A stretch of 50,508 nucleotides of DNA from Candidatus Micrarchaeia archaeon (lineage in GTDB: Archaea; Micrarchaeota; Micrarchaeia; Anstonellales; Bilamarchaeaceae), in contig JAWOLP010000002.1 of NCBI GenBank assembly GCA_033853355.1, positions 1-50,508 of the forward strand, given 5' to 3'. Below the pieces are notes generated by a model. It searched no databases. It saw only the letters and a program-made list of their open reading frames with translations, and was not told where the DNA came from. Made by a program: the position numbers and the translations under genes. Every line of letters begins with the position of its first letter. Position 1 is the stretch's first letter. Positions 35,253 through 43,432 of this stretch are shown here, piece after piece.

Positions 35253-36146
35253 ATGGTCCCGAACGCCGTCTACCCTGGGAAAAACGGGCCGAAATCTGTT
35301 TCACCTCTGGCTTCGGGACCATTGCGCTTCGTCGTCCTGGATTTCGATGGGACGCTCACCGACTCCTGGAAGGAGGCCGACGGCTTCGCCGAGAGGTACA
35401 TCTCCGACCTTGCGAAAGCCGTGAGGGCGAGCCCCGCGGCCCTCTCATCGGCCTGGGAATCAGCCTACAAGGCGATCCTCTCGGCGCCATCCGCATACGG
35501 GTGGGAGCAGGACGGGAAGATAGTCGCGCCGGCCGCCACGGACCCGTTCATCCTCGCGAACGTGACCGCGGCCAAGGCCCTGGATTCGCTCGGCCTGCTG
35601 GAGGACCCGGCCGAGCGCTCGCGCATCCTCGACCCGATCTACCACGCCAATTACGCGCTGAACCGGACAGTGTTCAAGGAAGGCGCCGCGGATTTCCTCA
35701 GCAGGCTCATGGAGCTGACTGGCGCCTGCATCGTTTCCGGCTCGCCGACCGATCAGGTCAAGGCGAAGCTTTCGACGCTCGGCCTTGCCGACCCCCCGGC
35801 CGTGTTCGGCGGCGCCGGGAAAGGGGAGCTCGATCCGTCCTGGGCCGCGGTGCCGGAAAGCATCGACATGGGGCTGGGGCGGCCTGTGTTCATCCGCAGG
35901 AGACGCTACTGGGACATCCTCGAAGGGATACTCCGCCTGCGGGGCATCGGAGCGCCCGACGCCCTGGTGGCAGGCGATATCTTCGAGCTCGACCTCGCCC
36001 TCCCGCGGTTCTTCGGCATGCGCATCGCCCTGCTTCCGGCCGGCAAGGATTCGGCCCCCGAGAGGAAGGCGGTGGCGGAGAGCGGCATGGGCTTCGTCTC
36101 TGATTCGCTCGGCTCGTGCCTGGCCAGGATCGTCCAGCTTGTTTGA
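35253..36146 (+). CDS. HAD-superfamily hydrolase
   Basis: VVLDFDGTLT, IVSGS, AGDIFELDL. Confidence 0.85.
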   Translation: MVPNAVYPGKNGPKSVSPLASGPLRFVVLDFDGTLTDSWKEADGFAERYISDLAKAVRASPAALSSAWESAYKAILSAPSAYGWEQDGKIVAPAATDPFILANVTAAKALDSLGLLEDPAERSRILDPIYHANYALNRTVFKEGAADFLSRLMELTGACIVSGSPTDQVKAKLSTLGLADPPAVFGGAGKGELDPSWAAVPESIDMGLGRPVFIRRRRYWDILEGILRLRGIGAPDALVAGDIFELDLALPRFFGMRIALLPAGKDSAPERKAVAESGMGFVSDSLGSCLARIVQLV

Positions 36147-36148
36147 CT

Positions 36149-36230
36149 GGAATATTTCCAATCTTCAACGTTTTCAAATGTAAAGATTTGCGATTTTTCC
36201 TTTTTTCCTGCAAAAAAGCTTAAAAAGCCG
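36149..36230 (+). promoter_or_regulatory. Conserved promoter cassette, copy 2 (second box degenerate, 1-nt shorter)
   Basis: GGAATATTTCC…GCGATTTTTCC…CTTAAAAAGCCG. Confidence 0.5.
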
Positions 36231-36252
36231 GCCCCGGTCATCGCTGCGAGAG

Positions 36253-38787
36253 GTGAGCGCTTTGGCTCTTGTCGATCTGTGCGAGTACCGGGAGATGAGG
36301 AAGCCGCTGAAGGTCATGGACAGCCTTGATGAAGGGAGGGAACGGTTCTCCCAGTTCAAGCCGCTGTCAGAGCGCCTCTCGCGCGAGGTCCGCATGCTCT
36401 CCGCAGGCGAGCTGTTCGGCGGCACCTCCGCATTCAACAGGCGCGCGTTCCTCGGAGTCTGCTCGATGCTCAAGCAGGAGCGCTACGACCTTCTCGTGAT
36501 CAACGGCGGGGCGCTTCCCGAGGTCCCGAGCCGGGGCTCGCGCGGCAACCGCCAGAAGATGGAGTTCCTCATGGAGGGCATCGAGGACATCGAGGATTCC
36601 TGCCATGTCATGAGGCGGGCGATGAAGCTCCTGGTCGAATCCGCCGGCAAGACCCCTATCCTTTACGTGATGGGGGAGGAGGACCATGCGAACATCGAGG
36701 CGATAACGGACCGCCTCATCGCCGAGTCCAGGAAGGCGGAGCATCTCGGATCGAGGATAGAGAGCCTCAAAGGGGAGGCGGCGGCCCTGGACAGCCGGGT
36801 GGCGGGCATGGAGGAGGAGAGCGAATCGCTACTCCGCCAGATGAGGCAGCTCAGACGGCGGGACTCGCGCGCGTCGAAAAGCGGCGGGGGGAGGGAAGGC
36901 GTCGAGGAGCGCATCCGGAAGCTGTCGAGGGAGATGCGCGAGGTCTCGCGGAAGAGGGAGGAGCTGATAGGCAGGCGCAAGAAGCTGGGCGAGAGGATCG
37001 CGCTGCTCGAGGACGACCTGAAGAACCTCGGCGCAGTCCGCAGGACGAACATCGAGTATCTCACGCCGGCGGAGACGCGGGAGCTCAAGGCGTCCGCGAC
37101 CGCAGAGTACACGGCCCTGCTACTGCGGCTTTTCGAGGGTGCCGACGTCCACATCGCCTCCCAGAACGTCTCGCTCGTCGAGGTGGGCGGGCTGAGGATG
37201 GCCGTCGGCCACAGCCTGGAGAACACCTCCCGGACCGCGAAGCGGACGGCACTGGCTGCAAGGGAGGAGATACAGTCGAAATTCCAGATCTACGGCCTCA
37301 TCCCTAGGGTCGACCTGTTTTTGTTCTCGCACCATCCCGGGACCAAGGGCTGGGCGCTTCCGCAGGCCTATGCGGACCGGCATCCCCTCTACCTCTTCCA
37401 GCAGGGCGGCCTGGCGGACCCGCCGGCCCTCTTCGACGCATACAACCGGAAGATAAAGACCCCGCAGACCGAGGCGCTGGACAAGCACCAGCTGGATTCC
37501 GGAGTGAGCGTGATAACCGCCTCCCGCGACGGCTCGCTCTCGTTCGAAATGATCGGCCTCGCCCAGCTCGAGCAGTCCGCCCGCGCCCTCCTCTCCCGCG
37601 AATGGGAGGCGCTGCGGAAGAGGCTGGAGAAGCTTGACACGGCCGGGAAGCCCGGGCCGGGGCCCCAGGGCGAAGAGGACGCCGCCCAGACGAGGAAGCT
37701 CCGCGCCCAGCTGAGCCTGGAGCTGCCGAGCAGGCTCTCGGACAGCCAGCTCTCGGCGCTGGTGGATAGCAAGGTGCCGCTGGAGCGCATGCTCGAGCCG
37801 CCGGCAATCCGCAAGGTCCGCCAGATGATCGCCGAGGTGCACAGCGACTACCACATCGGGATCGGCAATCCGTGGGATTCGTACTCGAACCAGGAGATCA
37901 TGCGCGCCGCGATAGCCGACAGCAGGGACCTCGGCCGCCCCGACCTCCTGATATTCGGCGGGGACATGGTCGAAGGGACCCTGGGCTCCAAGGCCAACGA
38001 GGTCGTGGCCAGGAATTTCCTGGACGAGCGCGAGTTCAGGCGCCTCCTGGAGAAGAGGGTAGAGGGCGATCGGTCGCTTGGCAGGCTGGACTTCGAGCGG
38101 GCGATGGCGGAATACTACCGCAGGGCGTCGTACGCCTACACGGTCCCGAACCTCGACCAGCAGATCCACCTCCTCATCCCCCTGCTGGAGCACGCGGCCG
38201 ATGTCGTGTCGAAGGGCGGCCAGGCGATATTCATATCAGGGAACCACTACAACCAGTCCCACCGCGACGAGCGGCTCGACGAGGCCATCCGGCTCTCGAG
38301 CGCGGTCCGCATGATAGGAGGCTTCCGGGACAACGACCCGCGGATACACGTCTTCTACGGGGGTTGGATCGGGAGCGGCCAAGTCACCGTGGACGGCATC
38401 CCGATATTCGGCATCCACAAGGCGCGCTCCTCCCGCGACCACGTCACCGGCCTGATGGAGCACAAGACCCTGCAGAGGCGCGAAGGGGTGTTCCTCTTCA
38501 TCCAGGGCCACCACCATGACATGGCATTCGGCAAGACCGTGGCGGACGCCCATGTGAGCGCCCCCTCGATCGCGCCCATAATCCCATACGTGGACCAGGC
38601 CTCGCTGCATGGGGGCCTCCAGGGGTACACCCGGCTTACGATGTGGGCCGACCAGTTCGGCAGGCATTTCGAGAGCCTCGGAGTGCAGAACCGGTTCGTG
38701 CCGCAGCTCGAGAAAAGGATGGAAAAGATAGACCCGCTGTTCCTCGAGATCTTCGGGATGATGGTCAAGAAGGCAGCGGGCTCGTGA
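36253..38787 (+). CDS. 844-aa protein with tandem calcineurin-like metallophosphoesterase domains and a coiled-coil insert
   Basis: C-terminal SDYHIG, GGDMVEG, SGNH, GIH, GHHH; degenerate N-terminal copy (GELFGG, NGG, MGEED, GHS, SHH) split by a ~100-aa coiled coil. Confidence 0.75.
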   Translation: MSALALVDLCEYREMRKPLKVMDSLDEGRERFSQFKPLSERLSREVRMLSAGELFGGTSAFNRRAFLGVCSMLKQERYDLLVINGGALPEVPSRGSRGNRQKMEFLMEGIEDIEDSCHVMRRAMKLLVESAGKTPILYVMGEEDHANIEAITDRLIAESRKAEHLGSRIESLKGEAAALDSRVAGMEEESESLLRQMRQLRRRDSRASKSGGGREGVEERIRKLSREMREVSRKREELIGRRKKLGERIALLEDDLKNLGAVRRTNIEYLTPAETRELKASATAEYTALLLRLFEGADVHIASQNVSLVEVGGLRMAVGHSLENTSRTAKRTALAAREEIQSKFQIYGLIPRVDLFLFSHHPGTKGWALPQAYADRHPLYLFQQGGLADPPALFDAYNRKIKTPQTEALDKHQLDSGVSVITASRDGSLSFEMIGLAQLEQSARALLSREWEALRKRLEKLDTAGKPGPGPQGEEDAAQTRKLRAQLSLELPSRLSDSQLSALVDSKVPLERMLEPPAIRKVRQMIAEVHSDYHIGIGNPWDSYSNQEIMRAAIADSRDLGRPDLLIFGGDMVEGTLGSKANEVVARNFLDEREFRRLLEKRVEGDRSLGRLDFERAMAEYYRRASYAYTVPNLDQQIHLLIPLLEHAADVVSKGGQAIFISGNHYNQSHRDERLDEAIRLSSAVRMIGGFRDNDPRIHVFYGGWIGSGQVTVDGIPIFGIHKARSSRDHVTGLMEHKTLQRREGVFLFIQGHHHDMAFGKTVADAHVSAPSIAPIIPYVDQASLHGGLQGYTRLTMWADQFGRHFESLGVQNRFVPQLEKRMEKIDPLFLEIFGMMVKKAAGS

Positions 38788-38789
38788 GA

Positions 38790-39332
38790 TCACTGCACGA
38801 CATATCCGTCCGAATCGACCAGCACCGCCATGTCGTCGCCCATGTTGTACTCGGCGTCGCCCGAATCATCGCCGAACGACGTCTCGATGAAGTACAGCTT
38901 CTGGCCCGGCTCCACCAGGAATGAGCCTCCCTGGTACTGCGGCGAGAGCGCCGTGAGGGTCACGTTCAGGCTGCCGTCCGGCATGGCCGTCCTGTTGTAT
39001 CCGAAGCCGGCCAGGGCCGCCTTGGTGTTGTCGTCGAGGCTGTCGCCGGAGATCAAATAAGCCGAACCCCAATACTGGGTATCCGAGAGCTTGATGCGGG
39101 CGCTCTGGTTCGAAGGCTGGGGCTGCTGAGCAGCCTGCGCCGATCCCCCGGTCTGCTGGGCGTTTCCACCGGCCGCCGGCGCACCGCCTGATGGAGGCGC
39201 CCCCTGCGCGCTTCCGCTGTTCTGCTGGGCCTGCATCGCGGGCGGCTGCGCCCCCGTGCTGCTTCCCTGATTGCCCGCGCATCCGGCAAGAAGGAGCGCG
39301 GCCGCCAAGACCGCTATCATTGTCCTGTCCAT
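38790..39332 (-). CDS. Lipoprotein with a Gln/Ala/Gly-rich linker
   Basis: LLAGC lipobox; GGTGA SD. Confidence 0.8.
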   Translation of the reverse strand: MDRTMIAVLAAALLLAGCAGNQGSSTGAQPPAMQAQQNSGSAQGAPPSGGAPAAGGNAQQTGGSAQAAQQPQPSNQSARIKLSDTQYWGSAYLISGDSLDDNTKAALAGFGYNRTAMPDGSLNVTLTALSPQYQGGSFLVEPGQKLYFIETSFGDDSGDAEYNMGDDMAVLVDSDGYVVQ

Positions 39333-39510
39333 CTCATCACCCTGCGTCAGTCGAACCCCTTCATCCTTGGCCCTTGGGCTGGGAACAATAGAACCACATG
39401 TACTTGCGTGAAGGCGCTTATAAACCGCCTCCGAACAATTTTGTTAGGGTCCGTGTCGGGCTGGAATACGGTTATTAACGTTGCCTCCAATAGCCCACCC
39501 AGGTGGTTCA

Positions 39511-39822
39511 TTGGCGGAAGTATCGATAGGCAAGGCGGACCTGAAGCCAGGCGCATCCAAGCTCGTCACCGTGGGGGAAAAGCAGCTCTCGCTGGCCAAC
39601 ATCAACGGCAAATACTATTGCATCGACAACCTCTGCACGCACGCGGAAGGGCCGCTCAACGAGGGCGAGATCGGCCTTGTGGACGACTATTCCGTGACCT
39701 GCCCATGGCACGGCTCCGTGTTCGATTACCGCGACGGCAAGGTGCTCAACGGGCCGGCCAGGGAGCCCCTCAAGTCGTACAAGGTGAAGGAGAGGGGCGG
39801 CGAGCTGTTCATAGACCTCTGA
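39511..39822 (+). CDS. Rieske-type [2Fe-2S] ferredoxin
   Basis: CTH…CPWH; TTG start after AGGTGG. Confidence 0.92.
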   Translation: MAEVSIGKADLKPGASKLVTVGEKQLSLANINGKYYCIDNLCTHAEGPLNEGEIGLVDDYSVTCPWHGSVFDYRDGKVLNGPAREPLKSYKVKERGGELFIDL

Positions 39823-39830
39823 GTGATCCG

Positions 39831-40157
39831 ATGGCTTTCGACCCACTAGAACCATTCGCCGACAAGGCTCTTCTCAAGGAGACGATGGACAGCCTCTCGG
39901 CTTTCAGGTACAAGCTCTACGGAGCCATTCCCCTGCGGCTCTACCGCGGCGATCCGACGGCGTACGAATTCGACGTGGACCTGGGCGTCATCCATTTCAC
40001 GGAGCAGGACTGCAAGGGGCTCAGCGCCATCTTCGAGTCGCTCAACAAAAAGTGGGGGACGAGGATGACCTACTGCATCTATCCCTCCAAGGAAAGCAAC
40101 CGCGAGATGATACTCAATGTCCGCGGCTCTCCGAAGGCTCCGTCCGAGATAGACTGA
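39831..40157 (+). CDS. Hypothetical protein (108 aa)
   Basis: Starts 8 bp after the Rieske gene; genome-typical codons. Confidence 0.72.
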   Translation: MAFDPLEPFADKALLKETMDSLSAFRYKLYGAIPLRLYRGDPTAYEFDVDLGVIHFTEQDCKGLSAIFESLNKKWGTRMTYCIYPSKESNREMILNVRGSPKAPSEID

Positions 40158-40175
40158 CCGGACCCTTCCGGCTGC

Positions 40176-40928
40176 TCAGGACGCTTTCCGCACGGCGAAG
40201 AATCCGATGAGCAGCAGTATCGCCGCGCTCCCGCAGCAGGGGTTGCTGGGCTGCTGCGGCTGCGTGGGCCAGAACGAGCCGTTGCCGGCCGGAGGCGTGC
40301 TGGGCTGGTAGGGCGCGGGAGGCGTGACGTTCTGCGCCGGCTGCGAGTTGTTCTGCTCCGGCTGGGTATTGTTCTGCTGGGGCTGGGTGCCGTTCTGCTG
40401 CGGGGGAGGCTGCGTGTTGTTCTGCTGCGGAGGGGGCGGCGGCGGAGCGGAGATGGCCGGTATGCTGTAGCTCTGGAGCGTCAGCTGCATCGGGGAGCCT
40501 CCCGGCGGAGTGACCGTCTCCTGCAGGAGGAGGCCCGTGCTCTGGTCCACCAGGTAGTTGACCGGCGCGCCCTGCACCGTCCCGCTCAGGTTCACGGCGG
40601 TCCAGCTGTTTCCGGCGAAGCTCTGCGTGCCGACTGACGACACCGTCAGATCGCTGACGCTGTCGCCTCCGATGACACCGGCGAGGAGCGTGTTGTCGAA
40701 CCAGAAGTCCTTGTAATCGAGGCTCGCGTTTTCGGAGGCGGTGTACGGGTGGCCCTGCTGCGTCAGCGTGACGACGATGTCCGTCGAATTCCTCGACTGC
40801 ACGTAGTAGTTGATGTTGCCGCTTCCGGTCATATAAGTCATGTTCGCGCCCTGGGCGACCCAGGACGGAGCCGTGGCGCTCGCCGCGGCTATCAACGCCA
40901 GGAATATCGCGATGTTCTTCGAAATCAA
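40176..40928 (-). CDS. Secreted surface protein with a Pro/Gln linker and C-terminal Cys-Cys/TM/basic anchor
   Basis: Signal peptide; QQNNTQP repeats; PCCGSAAILLLIGFFAVRKAS. Confidence 0.78.
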   Translation of the reverse strand: MISKNIAIFLALIAAASATAPSWVAQGANMTYMTGSGNINYYVQSRNSTDIVVTLTQQGHPYTASENASLDYKDFWFDNTLLAGVIGGDSVSDLTVSSVGTQSFAGNSWTAVNLSGTVQGAPVNYLVDQSTGLLLQETVTPPGGSPMQLTLQSYSIPAISAPPPPPPQQNNTQPPPQQNGTQPQQNNTQPEQNNSQPAQNVTPPAPYQPSTPPAGNGSFWPTQPQQPSNPCCGSAAILLLIGFFAVRKAS

Positions 40929-41000
40929 GCTATCCCCTCAAATGGTCTATCCTGTTATCTATTAATAAGTTTTTTCCCGGCACGGCGGAAACCTCACGCT

Positions 41001-41083
41001 GGAAAATTTCCGCTCTCCCCCCATCCAAGGCCTCTTCCGGCTGGAATCTTTCCAAAGCGGGCGGGCGCAGCTCTAAAAAGCCG
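41001..41083 (+). promoter_or_regulatory. Conserved promoter cassette, copy 3
   Basis: GGAAAATTTCC 41001, GGAATCTTTCC 41043, TCTAAAAAGCCG 41072. Confidence 0.65.
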
Positions 41084-41100
41084 CCTCAAGCGGGCTCTGC

Positions 41101-41634
41101 GTGCCAAGGAGAAGGAGCATGGTCGTGGAGGCAGGGCAAGCAGGCGGCAGCGGCCGCTTGGGCGTCCTGCATGAGGGGGCGGTCCCTTCGATAGCCGAGT
41201 CGGCCGCGAGGAGCCTCGGGAGGCTTGTCGGGAAGGCGATGGCCGACTTCGAGGCGGGCAAGGATCCGGACGCGGCTTTCCGGGAGTTCGACATCGCGCC
41301 ATTCACTATCCTCCTCTCGCTCGAGCCTTCCGCCGCCGCCGACGCGCTCTTCTCTTTCATCGAAGGCAGCGGGGAGGAGCGGATGGCGGCCTGCATGTTC
41401 GTCTCCTCCGCCATCCTCGCGCTCAACCATGACGAGCCTCTCAGCGCGCGGAGGTGCATCGGCGAGATATGCCGCAAGGCAGAGAAGGACCCGTCATTCG
41501 AGCCGTTCTCCCGCCTCGTCCTCCTGTGCATCGCCGATGTGTCGGGCCGCATGGAGGAATCGCTGGACGCCGATCCGTCCGTGAGCGCGCTCGGCCTCTG
41601 CTGCATCAGGCGGCTGGCCAGGCGCACTTCCTGA
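41101..41634 (+). CDS. Hypothetical helical protein
   Basis: ORF downstream of the promoter cassette; start is GTG 41101 or ATG 41119. Confidence 0.62.
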   Translation: MPRRRSMVVEAGQAGGSGRLGVLHEGAVPSIAESAARSLGRLVGKAMADFEAGKDPDAAFREFDIAPFTILLSLEPSAAADALFSFIEGSGEERMAACMFVSSAILALNHDEPLSARRCIGEICRKAEKDPSFEPFSRLVLLCIADVSGRMEESLDADPSVSALGLCCIRRLARRTS

Positions 41635-41680
41635 GGGGCTGCTCCGTCTGGTCGCCTGACCGATAGCCGGACGCTTCAGA

Positions 41681-42526
41681 TCAATCCTGCGTGAGCCGGC
41701 TGAGCGCTTGCTCTATCGCGAGCCGCATCTCGCGCGCTGACTGGAACCTCTGGCGGGGGTCGCTCTCGGTGGCCTTGATGATTATCTCCGCCACCTCGAG
41801 CGGGATGGTCCCCGCGGCCGCCTCGGCCAGGAGGATCGCCGGACAGAGGCGGGTGCCGGCCACCCGCGCCGCGTCGAGCGCCCGGAGAGGGCTCCTGGAC
41901 ATGGCCAGCCCATATAGCATGATGCCGGCCGAAAAGATATCCGCCCGCGGGTCCCCGACCCCGTTGGTCGTCTCGGGCGGGGAGTAAACGGGATTGCCGA
42001 ACCTCTTTTTCGAGAGCGATGTGAGATCGAAAGCGCCCTCGATATGGGCGAAGCCGAAATCTATGAGCTTGACCTGGCGCATCTCGTCGAGCATGACATT
42101 CTTGGGCTTGATGTCGCGGTGGACCACGCCGCCGGAATGGATCGATTCCAGCGCCGAGCATATCCCCGCCGCCATCCTCAGCCCGGCCGGGCGGTCGATG
42201 CGATTCAGGTTCCTCAGGGTGGGGCCGGGTATGTACTCCAATATCAGGAACGGCTCGCGCGCCGAATGGTCCGCATCCAGCAGCCTCACCACCGCGTCGC
42301 TGCTCGCCCTCGAGAGCGCCCGTGCCTCGTGCTCGAACACCTTCCGGGTGAACTCCGCGTCCGACTCGTCGAGCCCGATCTTCGCGGCGACCGTCCTCAT
42401 CTGGCGGACGTCCAGCCCCAGATGCACGGCCGCGCACCTGCCCTGGTCGAGCCTCTCGAGCAGCAGGTACCGGTCGCCGACTATGTGGAGATCGGCCGGC
42501 CCCCTCGTGAACTCCCTCAGCCTCAT
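41681..42526 (-). CDS. Hanks-type Ser/Thr protein kinase
   Basis: VAAK, HEARAL, HRDIKPKN, LIDFG, YSPPE, ADIFSAG. Confidence 0.9.
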   Translation of the reverse strand: MRLREFTRGPADLHIVGDRYLLLERLDQGRCAAVHLGLDVRQMRTVAAKIGLDESDAEFTRKVFEHEARALSRASSDAVVRLLDADHSAREPFLILEYIPGPTLRNLNRIDRPAGLRMAAGICSALESIHSGGVVHRDIKPKNVMLDEMRQVKLIDFGFAHIEGAFDLTSLSKKRFGNPVYSPPETTNGVGDPRADIFSAGIMLYGLAMSRSPLRALDAARVAGTRLCPAILLAEAAAGTIPLEVAEIIIKATESDPRQRFQSAREMRLAIEQALSRLTQD

Positions 42527-43350
42527 CTGCCCCTCCCCCCATGCGGCCTTCCGCAGCAGCGGAAGCCCGTCGAATAATCGTGATATCCCCTCGCGTGCGT
42601 AGCGGCGTAATATCCGCAGCCGAGCGGCCTGTCGCTGTAGCAGCTGCCCGCGAATACCCCCATGCCCGAGGGGGACACGTCGGCGGTCCATTCATGGAGG
42701 TTGCCCTCCATGTCGAAGACCCCATACCCGCTCACGCAGTCGAAATCCGAGCCGCTCTTCGCCAGGTAGCCTGGCGTCGAGTTGACTATCGGGTCGTTGA
42801 ACTGCTGGTTGTCCCAGTAATGGCCCGGCACGTTGGGCCCGAAGTATATGCTCATCACGTGCGGCGCCTTCCCGTTGTTGCAGGGGCGCCCGCCCACCGG
42901 CAGGAACGGGTAGTCCTCCTTCCGGGGCCCCATGCACGCGGCGAGCCATTCCTCCCTGGTGCAGAGCCTCTTGCCCGCGTTCGCGCAGGCGGCCTCGGCC
43001 TCGTACTGGCTCATGTAGCCCTGCGGGAATACGTAAGGTTCGGACACGGCCATCACGCTGTCCATGCTTGAGGGCCGCTCATTGTACGGATGGCGGACGC
43101 CGTCCCGCCGCACGAGGCTGGCCTCGAAGCGGTCTATGCAGAATCCCTCCGCGAAAGCCATCCCCTCGCCGCACAGCTCGCCCGAGATCCCTCCCCTCCC
43201 CGGGGCGGCGGCTGGGGCGGCGCCCACGCCCGCATCCGGAAGGCCGTTCCCTTCGGAGCGCGCCTCGCAGCTGAGGGTGAGCATGACGGCGAATGCGGCG
43301 AAGCCCGCCCGGGCACGGTCCGCACCGCCTTGGCATAGCCTGGATCGCAT
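42523..43350 (-). CDS. FGE-sulfatase/SUMF1 domain exported protein
   Basis: FCIDRFE, CANAGKRLCTREEW, DMEGNLHEW, TGFRCC. Confidence 0.88.
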   Translation of the reverse strand: MRSRLCQGGADRARAGFAAFAVMLTLSCEARSEGNGLPDAGVGAAPAAAPGRGGISGELCGEGMAFAEGFCIDRFEASLVRRDGVRHPYNERPSSMDSVMAVSEPYVFPQGYMSQYEAEAACANAGKRLCTREEWLAACMGPRKEDYPFLPVGGRPCNNGKAPHVMSIYFGPNVPGHYWDNQQFNDPIVNSTPGYLAKSGSDFDCVSGYGVFDMEGNLHEWTADVSPSGMGVFAGSCYSDRPLGCGYYAATHARGYHDYSTGFRCCGRPHGGRGR

Positions 43351-43432
43351 GATTGTAATCTGCTACAAAGTGTTTAAAAATGGTAATTAATAGCCGCTTC
43401 TGGCCGCACTCCACTCGGCTCAGGGTCAGGCA

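Noticed and set aside
39408-40157. Possible frameshift fusion of the Rieske gene and downstream ORF
   Set aside because: The Rieske gene is complete with its own stop and the next gene has an ATG at 39831
40330-40445. Tandem GTTCTGCTG repeats
   Set aside because: They encode the QQN linker of the surface protein
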